Both the position numbers and the translations under genes were made by a program. A stretch of DNA of 64,000 nt from an uncultured Candidatus Actinomarina sp. (GTDB lineage: Bacteria > Actinomycetota > Acidimicrobiia > Actinomarinales > Actinomarinaceae), in contig CACMQN010000001.1 of assembly GCA_902615855.1 (NCBI GenBank), forward strand, positions 81,592-145,591. Reading direction: 5' to 3'. The notes beneath the pieces are model-generated. The model had not been told where the DNA came from, searched no databases, and saw only the letters and a program-made list of their open reading frames with translations. This document shows, in pieces, positions 46,612-56,035 of this stretch. Positions within the stretch are counted from its first letter, which is position 1. Every line of letters begins with the position of its first letter.

Positions 46612-48141
46612 CTATTCAATTATAGAACTTGCTGTATCAACTCTAATGTCGTGTAAAGCTTTCCAACTTTCTTTAGTATTAACAATTGCTGATATAGGGC
46701 CATAGCTATTTTGTAATTTTGTAAGTTGATTCACTTTATGGCCTTTGTTAATCAATACATTAATAATTTTTTTATCTAGCCCAGGTTCAATATTTATTTC
46801 AGATACTGATTCTTTTCCGAATTCATCAATATTCCATCTAGGTGAAATCATTGCATTTTCTAAATTTTCATTTTTAAGTATTTTTAAAATAAAATGACTT
46901 AATAGTTGTGGTTGATACCTACCGCCTCTTGTGCCTATGACCATATCGAGATTTCCATCTACACTCCACATAGTTGGAGATAATGTATGAAGTGGTTTTC
47001 TTCCTGGCTTTAATGAGTTTGGATGATTTTGAATCAGATTAAAACCTGCCCCTCTATTGTGTAAAAAAAATCCTAAATCATTAACCCCAATAGTGCTTCC
47101 TATCCCATGAAAATTAGATTGAATTAGTGACACTGCATTCCCGTCATTGTCTTTAGTGCACATGTACGCCGTTCCACCACCTAGTTCTTCAGGTTGAGCA
47201 AATATAGAAGTCATATCTTTATTTACGAGTTTTGACAGTGCTCTTAGATATTCAAGATTAAGTCCATTAAATTGGTCTATAGTTTCACCATAATCAAACG
47301 TCAGATCATCTCTTTCAGATGCAATTGCTCTATATGACTCAATAAGTGTATGAAGGTCAATATTATCTGATCCATCATCTAGAAGCTCATAAATTTTTAA
47401 TGTTCCAAGTGTTAGATAACTTTGAGTATGAGGGGGTGTAACCCAGCCTGTTTTGCCGTACACATCTATTGATAAAGGTTTAATCCACTTTGATTCAAAA
47501 GATCTCAAATCGTCTTCTGTAATTACATGATTAAGCGTTTCTGAAATTTTCTTTGCAACTGATCCTGTATAAAAATATTCGGGACCATCGATACTTAAAC
47601 GTTTTAAAGTTTCACCAAGTAAGTTTCTTTTAATAATTTCTCCTATTTCTGGTGTTTTACCGTTAGGAAATAACTCCGTGCCTGACTCTTGTTTAATTAA
47701 TTTATCTTTATGTAATGAAAGAGAATGATGTAGTTCTGATGAAACTTCAAAACCTTTATTACATATCTCAATCGCATATTTAAAAATGTTATCAATACTT
47801 AATTTTCCAAATTGCTTATGCATGTCAAACCAGCCTTTAACAGCTCCTGGAACAGTTACCGACATTGGATGATCTAAAGGAATACTTTCTTGAGAATACA
47901 ATTGTGACATATCTACATTCGATCCTGCATATCCTGATGAATCTAAACAATAAGGAGTGTTATCACCACTAATCCAAATTAGTGAAAATAAATCACCACC
48001 TATTCCACAAGTTTCAGGTGCTACAACACCTTGGACAATATTGGTACCTATTGCTGCATCAACTGCGTTCCCACCTTTATTGAGAATATCTATTCCTGCA
48101 TTTGTTGAAAGATAATGTGGTGAAACTACAATATTAGCCAT
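46612..48141 (-). CDS. ggt: gamma-glutamyltransferase family protein
   Basis: GGNAVDAAI, GIGGDLF, and an autoprocessing Thr context (GGGTAYMC). No obvious signal peptide. Confidence 0.85.
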   Translation of the reverse strand: MANIVVSPHYLSTNAGIDILNKGGNAVDAAIGTNIVQGVVAPETCGIGGDLFSLIWISGDNTPYCLDSSGYAGSNVDMSQLYSQESIPLDHPMSVTVPGAVKGWFDMHKQFGKLSIDNIFKYAIEICNKGFEVSSELHHSLSLHKDKLIKQESGTELFPNGKTPEIGEIIKRNLLGETLKRLSIDGPEYFYTGSVAKKISETLNHVITEDDLRSFESKWIKPLSIDVYGKTGWVTPPHTQSYLTLGTLKIYELLDDGSDNIDLHTLIESYRAIASERDDLTFDYGETIDQFNGLNLEYLRALSKLVNKDMTSIFAQPEELGGGTAYMCTKDNDGNAVSLIQSNFHGIGSTIGVNDLGFFLHNRGAGFNLIQNHPNSLKPGRKPLHTLSPTMWSVDGNLDMVIGTRGGRYQPQLLSHFILKILKNENLENAMISPRWNIDEFGKESVSEINIEPGLDKKIINVLINKGHKVNQLTKLQNSYGPISAIVNTKESWKALHDIRVDTASSIIE

Positions 48142-48274
48142 TAGTTAAAGTATCTATAAAATGCTAAAACAATGAATGAACTCCAAATTATTTTCTCAAA
48201 ACGTTTTGTAATCCAAATTTTGCCGTATGATCTGTGAAATCCAACAAATAAAAAAAATTTTCTAATAATTGTGT

Positions 48275-49105
48275 TTATTCCTTTTTTAACTCATTAATTA
48301 ACTTATCTAATTCACCATCATTCATAGATATAGTGTGTTTAGGATTTGGATAGTTATTATTTTGAACATCAGTTTTAAAGCCATTGATTGCTTTACTTCT
48401 TTCTTTGTTTAGTTTATTTAAAATTTTATTACCATCACCCCATGATTTTGCATGTCTAGGCATTTTTATATTTTTTGTTTCACCTACAATGTCTTCAAAG
48501 AATAAAAATATAACATCACCACCAGCACCTGCTCCAAGAGAATTCAATACAAGATCGGTATGTTTACTAATTTCAATCAAAGCATCTTCTGCTACACATT
48601 CAACTTCAGCCCCAAATGCACCTGCATTCTCAAGATCCCTTAAATCTTTAAGTATTTCTAGTGCTTCATTTACTGTTTTACCAACAGTTCTTATTCCTCC
48701 AAATTTTGTAGCATTGGAAGGAACCATTCCTACATGTCCTTGTACATGCATGCCTTCATTAGCTAACATCTCAACTATTTCTGGACTACGTGGAGTTAAC
48801 ACTGAATCAGCACCTTTCATTGCTACTTCAATAGCACCTCTTAAAATATCATCTTTTGTTATGAATCTACCTGCAAATAAAGCTGCAGTAATAAATGTAT
48901 TTGGCGCACCTCTTCTTACATCTTCATATGAATCACTTCCAGTGATTATCATATCAATATTCTGATCAGATAAGATTTCTGCTTCATCTCTATTTTGTGC
49001 AGTTACTTGTGTCATTTTTACACCATTTCCTTTATTTTCAATGATGTCTCCAACAGTTATATTTCTCTGAACTTGCTCATGACCGTAGGTGTAAATTCTT
49101 TTCAT
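48275..49105 (-). CDS. divergent PanB-like (3-methyl-2-oxobutanoate hydroxymethyltransferase family) protein
   Basis: RRGAPNTFI, GHVGMVPSNATKFGG and AGAFGAEVECV parallel the PanB blocks RRGAPN, GHLGLTPQS..GG and AGA..LVLECV (recalled). The N-terminal GDS region looks shortened. Confidence 0.5.
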   Translation of the reverse strand: MKRIYTYGHEQVQRNITVGDIIENKGNGVKMTQVTAQNRDEAEILSDQNIDMIITGSDSYEDVRRGAPNTFITAALFAGRFITKDDILRGAIEVAMKGADSVLTPRSPEIVEMLANEGMHVQGHVGMVPSNATKFGGIRTVGKTVNEALEILKDLRDLENAGAFGAEVECVAEDALIEISKHTDLVLNSLGAGAGGDVIFLFFEDIVGETKNIKMPRHAKSWGDGNKILNKLNKERSKAINGFKTDVQNNNYPNPKHTISMNDGELDKLINELKKE

Positions 49106-49224
49106 AGGTTCATTGTAGATTCATGGTATCTTGTGGTTCAAATTTTAAACTCAATTCATAGTAAACACATGTTTATGAAGACATTCTTTGAATCACGTAG
49201 AGGTTATAAGAAGAATATGTTAAA

Positions 49225-49971
49225 TTAGCTAGTTAAAATTCTTATAGATAACATAATTGAGACAACAACAAGAATTGGTCTAATTAATTTATCACCAACC
49301 TTTATTGCAGACTTTGAACCTAGATATGCACCACATATTCCTCCTACTGCCATAATCAATCCGAGTTCCCACATTACGAAGCCTTGAACTGCAAATATAA
49401 TAAATGCCGCAAAGTTAGAGGCAAAGTTTAATAATTTTGATGTTGCTGTTGATTCAAGAAGAGATTGATTTTTGAACACGAGAAATAACATTACAAAAAA
49501 TGAACCTGTCCCTGGTCCAAAAAAACCATCATAAAAACCAATTAAAAAAATTAGTGGTGTTAATAAAACTATATAATTGCTTAAGTCTGTCTTAACTTGT
49601 CTATTGATGATAAAAAATAAGGCAACTGTTATTAATAGGATTGGGATCAAAGTTCTTAATATTTCATCCGAAAGTCTACTAACCATTAAAGTTCCAACTG
49701 ATGATCCAATAAAAGACAATATAAAATATTTATTTCTATGTATATCTGTCAAATACCCGTTAGCGTAGTAATTTCTTGATGATGTAAATGTACTAAATGA
49801 GGATTGAAATTTATTTGTACCCAACACTGTTAAAGGATTTATGCCTACTAACAACATCGATGGAGTAGTTAAAAGACCACCTCCACCAGCAATAGAGTCA
49901 ATAAATGAAGCTAGTATAGAAATTCCAAAAAGAAATAAATATACTGTTTCAATGTTACTTGTAATGTCCAT
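49225..49971 (-). CDS. TauE/SafE (DUF81) family anion exporter
   Basis: About 7-8 TM segments and an N-terminal AGGGGLLTTP block. Confidence 0.7.
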   Translation of the reverse strand: MDITSNIETVYLFLFGISILASFIDSIAGGGGLLTTPSMLLVGINPLTVLGTNKFQSSFSTFTSSRNYYANGYLTDIHRNKYFILSFIGSSVGTLMVSRLSDEILRTLIPILLITVALFFIINRQVKTDLSNYIVLLTPLIFLIGFYDGFFGPGTGSFFVMLFLVFKNQSLLESTATSKLLNFASNFAAFIIFAVQGFVMWELGLIMAVGGICGAYLGSKSAIKVGDKLIRPILVVVSIMLSIRILTS

Positions 49972-50027
49972 AAAAAAATTTAGAAATTTTTACTTGTTTA
50001 TTTGATAATAGAACTAGATTTCTAATA

Positions 50028-50288
50028 ATGTTCGAATTAGTTGCAACAAGATTATTTCAAGGTTTTCTATCTGGTATAGGGCTTGCTACATTATTTTATT
50101 TATATCCAATAATGAAACATATTCTAAATGATAAATATAGAAAGACATTTGAAATTTCTGAATATGGAAAAGAGCTTTTTAAGATTGAAACAATTAAATA
50201 TTTAAGAAAAGGTCTTATCTATGGTTTTATATACGGTGCACTTGTGGGAACTATAATTGGGCCTTTTGGTGCTGTTCTTGGCGTTTAG
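50028..50288 (+). CDS. small hypothetical membrane protein
   Basis: 86 aa with two hydrophobic segments. Its TAG stop shares one base with the next GTG start. Confidence 0.3.
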   Translation: MFELVATRLFQGFLSGIGLATLFYLYPIMKHILNDKYRKTFEISEYGKELFKIETIKYLRKGLIYGFIYGALVGTIIGPFGAVLGV

Positions 50289-50806
50289 TGGCTTATAAGA
50301 AACCAAAAAATACAAATCTTTTTATTTTTCTAATCGCAATCTTATTAATTGTTATCAACATACCTGATGGCTCAAGATCTACTGATTTAGGTAATTATAA
50401 TTTAAACGATTCTGGTTCAACAAAATTGAACTTAAATATTTATGATGTACAAAAAATAGAGATTCACATTATTGATATTTATGAATCTGGTGATAAATTT
50501 TGTAAGTTTGATGAGATATATATTTATGGCTCATTAAAAAGTTCCGGAAAATTTGTAAGAATTCGTGTAAGTGAAGTAACTGTAACAAAAGGTCTTAAAA
50601 TATTAAACAAAGCAGAAAGTGAACATTATTCGAAACAATTTTACCAAGAACCTATAGAAATTATATCAACAACTTTTCGTTGTAATAATGAAAGTATTTT
50701 TATTCAATTTGAGGAAAATTTAAATATTGATTATTTTCAATTTGTTCAGAATCAAGATAATTCTTACAAAGCATTTAGAACCCTCAATATCAAAGCATCA
50801 TCTTGA
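50288..50806 (+). CDS. hypothetical membrane-anchored protein
   Basis: 172 aa with an N-terminal TM helix and no recognised motif. Confidence 0.3.
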   Translation: MAYKKPKNTNLFIFLIAILLIVINIPDGSRSTDLGNYNLNDSGSTKLNLNIYDVQKIEIHIIDIYESGDKFCKFDEIYIYGSLKSSGKFVRIRVSEVTVTKGLKILNKAESEHYSKQFYQEPIEIISTTFRCNNESIFIQFEENLNIDYFQFVQNQDNSYKAFRTLNIKASS

Positions 50807-50828
50807 TAAAAATAGTTATTATTTAGTT

Positions 50829-52292
50829 ATGAAATATTTTTTATCAATAGACCAAGGTACGACAAGTACAAGGTCAATTTTGTTTAATAGTAATGGTACC
50901 GTTGCCAACTCACATCAAATAGATATTACTCAGTATTTTCCAGATAATAATTCAGTAGAACACGATCCTAAAGAAATAATAGATTCAGTAACTAGTTGTA
51001 CTAAAAATGTTGTTAAAGATATTAATAATAATGAAATTGTGAGTATCGGAATTACAAACCAAAGAGAAACAACTCTTGCATGGAGCAAATCTACAGGTAA
51101 GCCATTTTACAACGCCATAGTATGGCAAGATACCAGAACACAAAATATTTGTGATGAATTGAACGCAGATAAAGACCTATCAGATCTATTTATGAAAACA
51201 GGATTACCAGTTTCAACATATTTTTCTTTATCTAAGATTTTATGGCTCATACGCAATGTTCCTGATATTAAAAAGTCTTTAGAAGAGGATGTTTGTTTTG
51301 GAACGATTGATAGTTGGCTGATTTATAATTTAACCGGAAATTTCTATACAGATGTAACGAACGCATCCAGAACTCTTTTATATGACTTATATGATATGGA
51401 ATGGTGCAGTGATCTACTAGAAAAATTAGATATACCTATCAACTCTTTACCACAGGTAAAACCATCTTTCTCAAACTTTGGAGAGATGAAGGAGATAATA
51501 CCTGGTGTTCCTGTTACTGCCATTTTAGGAGATCAACAAGCTGCATTATTTGGACAAAACTGTATTAACAAAGGTGATGTTAAAAATACATATGGTACCG
51601 GTTGTTTTGCACTAACAAACACAGGCAAAGAAACTGTTAAATCAAACAATGGATTATTAACAACTATTGCTTACCAAAAAGAAGGAGAAGATCCAATGTT
51701 TGCATTGGAAGGGTCAGTTCCAATTGCTGGTGCCGCAGTCCAATGGTTAAGAGATAATCTAAATATTATCGATAAAAGTGAAGATATTGAATCATTAGCG
51801 ATGCTTGAGAAAGATAATGGTGATGTATATTTTGTACCAGCTTTCTCTGGATTATTTTCTCCTCATTGGGACGAAACAGCAAGAGGTTCTTTATTTGGGT
51901 TAACAAGATTTTCAAATAAGTCACACATGGCAAGAGCTGTTATTGAATCTGTTGCTTTCCAAACATACGAGTTGCTTGAATGTATGGAAAAAGATCTTGA
52001 TACTGATTTTGAAAGTCTCAAAGTAGATGGGGGAATGGTTGCAAACAATCTATTAATGCAATTTCAATCAGACATATTGGATAAATCTATTCATTCACAG
52101 GAAATTAATGAAATAACTGCTCTTGGAGTTGGCGTGGCTAGTTATCTTTATGTCATGGATTTGCCACTTTCATCAATGGGAAATTATATTACGTCATCAA
52201 AGACTTGGAATCCGAATATGAGTAATGAGACAAGAAATAACTCTCTTAAATCTTGGTATAAAGCAATTGAAAAAGCTAAAAATTGGTTATAA
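50829..52292 (+). CDS. glpK: glycerol kinase
   Basis: N-terminal SIDQGTTSTRS, GITNQRETT, WQDTRT and GDQQAALFGQ. The start is ATG 50829; the extension back to 50727 in the ORF track overlaps the upstream gene and is not GlpK-like. Confidence 0.95.
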   Translation: MKYFLSIDQGTTSTRSILFNSNGTVANSHQIDITQYFPDNNSVEHDPKEIIDSVTSCTKNVVKDINNNEIVSIGITNQRETTLAWSKSTGKPFYNAIVWQDTRTQNICDELNADKDLSDLFMKTGLPVSTYFSLSKILWLIRNVPDIKKSLEEDVCFGTIDSWLIYNLTGNFYTDVTNASRTLLYDLYDMEWCSDLLEKLDIPINSLPQVKPSFSNFGEMKEIIPGVPVTAILGDQQAALFGQNCINKGDVKNTYGTGCFALTNTGKETVKSNNGLLTTIAYQKEGEDPMFALEGSVPIAGAAVQWLRDNLNIIDKSEDIESLAMLEKDNGDVYFVPAFSGLFSPHWDETARGSLFGLTRFSNKSHMARAVIESVAFQTYELLECMEKDLDTDFESLKVDGGMVANNLLMQFQSDILDKSIHSQEINEITALGVGVASYLYVMDLPLSSMGNYITSSKTWNPNMSNETRNNSLKSWYKAIEKAKNWL

Positions 52293-52648
52293 AGTTTATC
52301 ACGCTTGGTTATGTCGGGTTTTTCGTAGTTGCTGGAATAAACCATTTTATAAATCCAATTTTTTACGACAAAATTGTACCTGATTTTATTCCATTCCCAC
52401 GTTTTGTTCATTTAGCAACAGGTGTAATCGAAATAATTCTTCCATTGTTCTTTTTTACAAGATTCAGAAAAGAGGCAGCTATTTTGATGATAGTTTTTCT
52501 TGTTGTTATTTATATCGGTAATTTAAATGTATGGATAAATGATCTACCTTATGGAAATCGCTATTTTTCAAATTATCAACATTTCTTAAGAATGCTTTTG
52601 CAGCTTTTCTATATTGGAATAGCCTATATTATCTATTTATATGAATGA
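52283..52648 (+). CDS. DoxX-like small membrane protein
   Basis: 121 aa with 4 TM segments. Weak family call. Confidence 0.35.
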   Translation: MVIKFITLGYVGFFVVAGINHFINPIFYDKIVPDFIPFPRFVHLATGVIEIILPLFFFTRFRKEAAILMIVFLVVIYIGNLNVWINDLPYGNRYFSNYQHFLRMLLQLFYIGIAYIIYLYE

Positions 52649-53912
52649 ACTAAAATTTCCAGACAAATTTCTCTTTGGTACAGCTGTGGCATCATATCAG
52701 GTCGAAGGGGGAATTTACAATAATGATTGGACTATTTGGGAAAATAAATCTAACACTGTTTGTGTAGAACCATGTAATGAAGCATGTAAACATTATGAAA
52801 TGATAAACCAAGATATCGAGCTTCTTAAAGAACTTGGTATAAAAGCTTTTAGATTCTCAATAGAATGGAGCAGGATCGAGCCTACAGAAGGAAATTATGA
52901 TATTGACGCAATTAATCATTATGTAGATAAAGCAAAAAAATTAATTGCAAACAACATTACTCCTATAATTACTTTTCATCATTTCACCACTCCTGAATGG
53001 CTATACAAGAAGGATTCTTGGCTCAACCCAAATGCTGATAATTATTTTGATAATTATGTTGAGAAATTAATGGAGTACTTACCAAATGAAATTGAATATT
53101 TTAATACAATAAATGAGCCAGGAATATTTGCCTTCTTTGGATATTTTTCAACTAATAAATTCCCTCCAGGTATAGCTAATGAAACAAAATTCATAAAAGC
53201 ATCAGAAAATATTATGTCTGCTCACAAAAAGGCATTAAAGACAATAAAAAAATATAATCAAAATGCAAAAGTTGGGATGACTCATGCTTTACAAGAATGG
53301 GAAGATGATGATAATAATAAGTTAAAGAAATATTTGAAGCATCATCTTGAAGATAAATTTTTAGATGCTTCAATAGATGACGACTTTATAGGATTACAAA
53401 CATATACAATCGTAAGATATCCAAAAAATATTTTTTTAAAGATTTTTAATTCTTTACTTTTAAATATTGGATTTATAAGAAAATTTATATTACCTCGTAT
53501 TATTCAAATTTTTGCAGGAAGAAAGGGTGCAATAACGAGTGAAACCCGTACAACAAAGATGGGGTATGAATATAGACCAGAAGCAGTGCTATATAACTTA
53601 AAAAGATTAAATAATATTTTTCCTGATAAAGAAATTTTTATTACTGAAAATGGCATAGCAACAGACAATGACGATGAGAGAATCGAGTTTGTAACTACTG
53701 TATTACAGGATGTCCACCGATTTCAATCTGAACATAATAATGTAATTGGTTATCTGTATTGGTCATTGTTAGATAATTTCGAATGGGACCTTGGTTATCA
53801 AATGAACTTTGGTTTAGTAGAGGTTGATAAGGAAACATATGAACGAATACCTCATAAATCAGCATCTTGGTTTGGCAATATTTCATCTTCAAACGTTTTA
53901 TCTATTAATTAA
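52641..53912 (+). CDS. glycoside hydrolase family 1 (beta-glucosidase-like)
   Basis: FLFGTAVASYQVEGG, acid/base TINEPG, nucleophile ITENG, and WSLLDNFEW. Confidence 0.9.
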   Translation: MNELKFPDKFLFGTAVASYQVEGGIYNNDWTIWENKSNTVCVEPCNEACKHYEMINQDIELLKELGIKAFRFSIEWSRIEPTEGNYDIDAINHYVDKAKKLIANNITPIITFHHFTTPEWLYKKDSWLNPNADNYFDNYVEKLMEYLPNEIEYFNTINEPGIFAFFGYFSTNKFPPGIANETKFIKASENIMSAHKKALKTIKKYNQNAKVGMTHALQEWEDDDNNKLKKYLKHHLEDKFLDASIDDDFIGLQTYTIVRYPKNIFLKIFNSLLLNIGFIRKFILPRIIQIFAGRKGAITSETRTTKMGYEYRPEAVLYNLKRLNNIFPDKEIFITENGIATDNDDERIEFVTTVLQDVHRFQSEHNNVIGYLYWSLLDNFEWDLGYQMNFGLVEVDKETYERIPHKSASWFGNISSSNVLSIN

Positions 53913-53933
53913 TTATCTTTTAAACTATAAATC

Positions 53934-54647
53934 ATGGTCTATATCATTGCAGGAGCTACAGGAGTCGTAGGTAGTGCTATTTCAAAAGAATTAGCCAAAG
54001 AGAACGAAGTACATTTAATTGGAAGAGATGAAGAAAAACTTTCTTCATTAAGTAAAGAAATCGGTGCTCAGTATTCACTTATTGACTTAACTAACACCAT
54101 AGAACAGCGTGAATTTTCTAAAATAATTCCTGACGATAAAGAAATCAAAGGTCTTGTAAATTGCATAGGTTCAATTTTGATAAAACCTTTACACGGAACT
54201 AAGACTGAAGAGTTTGAAGAAGTTCTTAGAGTAAACCTTTTTTCAAGTTACTATCTCTTAAGCTCTTTTGCTAGGCGTATGAAGAATGGATCTGCTATTT
54301 TTTTCTCATCTGTTGCAGGCACTAAAGGACTTTCTAATCACGAAGCTATTGCAGCGGCTAAAGCTGGATTAGAAGGTATGGCAAGATCAGCTGCGGCTTC
54401 CTATGCAAAAGATAATCTTCGAGTAAATGTAATTGCACCAGGACTTATGGATACCAATATGAGTCAACGATTACTAGCAACAGAACAAGCTAGAGAATTA
54501 TCAAAATCAATGTATCCAATACAAAAAATTGGAGATTTTAATGATATACTTCCTGTTGTAAAATGGTTGTTATCAGAAGACTCAAAATGGGTCACTGGTC
54601 AAACTATACATGTTGATGGGGGTCTATCAACGGTTAAACCGAGATAG
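53934..54647 (+). CDS. SDR family oxidoreductase
   Basis: GATGVVGSAI and a catalytic-region block ending in AAKAGLEGMARSAA. Confidence 0.75.
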   Translation: MVYIIAGATGVVGSAISKELAKENEVHLIGRDEEKLSSLSKEIGAQYSLIDLTNTIEQREFSKIIPDDKEIKGLVNCIGSILIKPLHGTKTEEFEEVLRVNLFSSYYLLSSFARRMKNGSAIFFSSVAGTKGLSNHEAIAAAKAGLEGMARSAAASYAKDNLRVNVIAPGLMDTNMSQRLLATEQARELSKSMYPIQKIGDFNDILPVVKWLLSEDSKWVTGQTIHVDGGLSTVKPR

Positions 54648-54653
54648 GAGAAT

Positions 54654-55016
54654 ATGTCAGATATAAAATATTTAGAAACTCATGAGTGGTATCTCATGAA
54701 AGATGATGAAATTACAGTTGGTATATCCGATTTTGCTCAAAACGAGTTAGGGGATATTGTTTATGTAACATTGCCTGAAGTTGGTCAAGAGTTTGAAAAA
54801 GGTGCAGCAGTAGTTGAAGTTGAAGCAACTAAAACTGTTGCAGATGCATATGCACCGATGGATTGTACAATTACAGCTGTAAACTCACAACTCGAAACAG
54901 AGCCTGAAACCATCAATAATGATCCATGCGGTGATGGGTGGATGTTTAAAGCAAAAGTAAGTACTGTTGATGATTCAGGAATGTCTTATCAAGAGTATGA
55001 AACTTTTGTATCTTAA
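54654..55016 (+). CDS. gcvH: glycine cleavage system H protein
   Basis: Lipoyl-Lys motif VEATKTVADAYAP. AGGAG RBS upstream. Confidence 0.9.
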   Translation: MSDIKYLETHEWYLMKDDEITVGISDFAQNELGDIVYVTLPEVGQEFEKGAAVVEVEATKTVADAYAPMDCTITAVNSQLETEPETINNDPCGDGWMFKAKVSTVDDSGMSYQEYETFVS

Positions 55017-56035
55017 TGGATAAAAAAACTACTCAATTACATAAATACCATCTATCTCAAGAGGCTAAATTTATTGATTTTGGTGATTGGTCAATGCCTT
55101 TTTCTTATGAAGGTACCTTAAAAGAACATGATATTGTTAGAACATCATCAGGTTTTTTTGACGTATCTCACATGGGTCGTTTAGAGATCCAATATTCTGA
55201 AATTAAAAAAATATCAAAATTAATTTGTTCTGAAATTATCGATATTCCGTCCAATAAGGCACTTTATTCTATCTTTACAAACGCAGATGGTAATGCTCTT
55301 GATGATGTTATTTTTTGGAAATTTGATGATAAGATCATACTGATTCCAAACGCATCTAATTTAGAAAAGATTAAATCTCACTTAGTTGCACATAATGTTG
55401 AATTTATTGATAGATCACCAGACACTGTTCTTATAGCGGTACAAGGACCAGATACTATTGAATTAATACAAGATAGATTTGAGATTCCAGATAAGTTTTC
55501 AACAAATTTTACAGAAAGCTTTCTTTATGCTCGAACAGGTTATACGGGAGAAGATGGAGTCGAAATTATGGCAAATAATGAGGACGCAGAATCATTATTA
55601 ACTTTTTTAACAGAAAAAGGTGTAAAACCTTGTGGATTAGGATCTAGAGATACACTCAGGCTAGAGGCTTCACTTCCATTATATGGTTTTGAATTGACAG
55701 AAGATATAACACCTGTTGAAGCATCTCTAAATTGGACAATTACTAATAAAAATGAGTATTTAGGTTCAAATAGAATAAATGATCAATTGTCGGGTGAAAG
55801 CCATAAAGTTTTAAAGAAATTTACAATAAACTCAAGAAAGATAGCAAGAACAGAAACTGTTGGTATTGCTGGAGATACTAAGGGTTTAGTTACTTCTGGT
55901 AACTTTTCCCCAGTATTAAATAAGAGTATTGGCTTTATATTATTTGAAAATATGCCCTCTCACGATTTAATAGAGTTTGATATTCGTGGTAATTTAGTAG
56001 AAGGCAATATAGTTAATAAAAGGTTTTTAAGTTAA
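55016..56035 (+). CDS. gcvT: glycine cleavage system aminomethyltransferase T
   Basis: FDVSHMG, ARTGYTGEDGVEI and GLGSRDTLRLEA blocks. Confidence 0.9.
   Translation: MDKKTTQLHKYHLSQEAKFIDFGDWSMPFSYEGTLKEHDIVRTSSGFFDVSHMGRLEIQYSEIKKISKLICSEIIDIPSNKALYSIFTNADGNALDDVIFWKFDDKIILIPNASNLEKIKSHLVAHNVEFIDRSPDTVLIAVQGPDTIELIQDRFEIPDKFSTNFTESFLYARTGYTGEDGVEIMANNEDAESLLTFLTEKGVKPCGLGSRDTLRLEASLPLYGFELTEDITPVEASLNWTITNKNEYLGSNRINDQLSGESHKVLKKFTINSRKIARTETVGIAGDTKGLVTSGNFSPVLNKSIGFILFENMPSHDLIEFDIRGNLVEGNIVNKRFLS

Noticed and set aside
48384-48965. The 193-aa plus-strand ORF antisense to the PanB-like gene. The same applies to nested or antisense ORFs at 725..910, 1483..1752, 7558..7854, 13445..13762, 17080..17406, 22683..22961, 27449..27718, 30443..30757 and 60806..61078.
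   Set aside because: All lie inside longer ORFs that carry clear family motifs on the other strand or frame. Their low-complexity composition is typical of shadow ORFs.
50727-50828. The 34-codon N-terminal extension of glpK in the ORF track.
   Set aside because: It overlaps the upstream hypothetical gene and is not GlpK-like. The canonical GlpK N-terminus (MKYFLSIDQGTTSTR) begins at ATG 50829.
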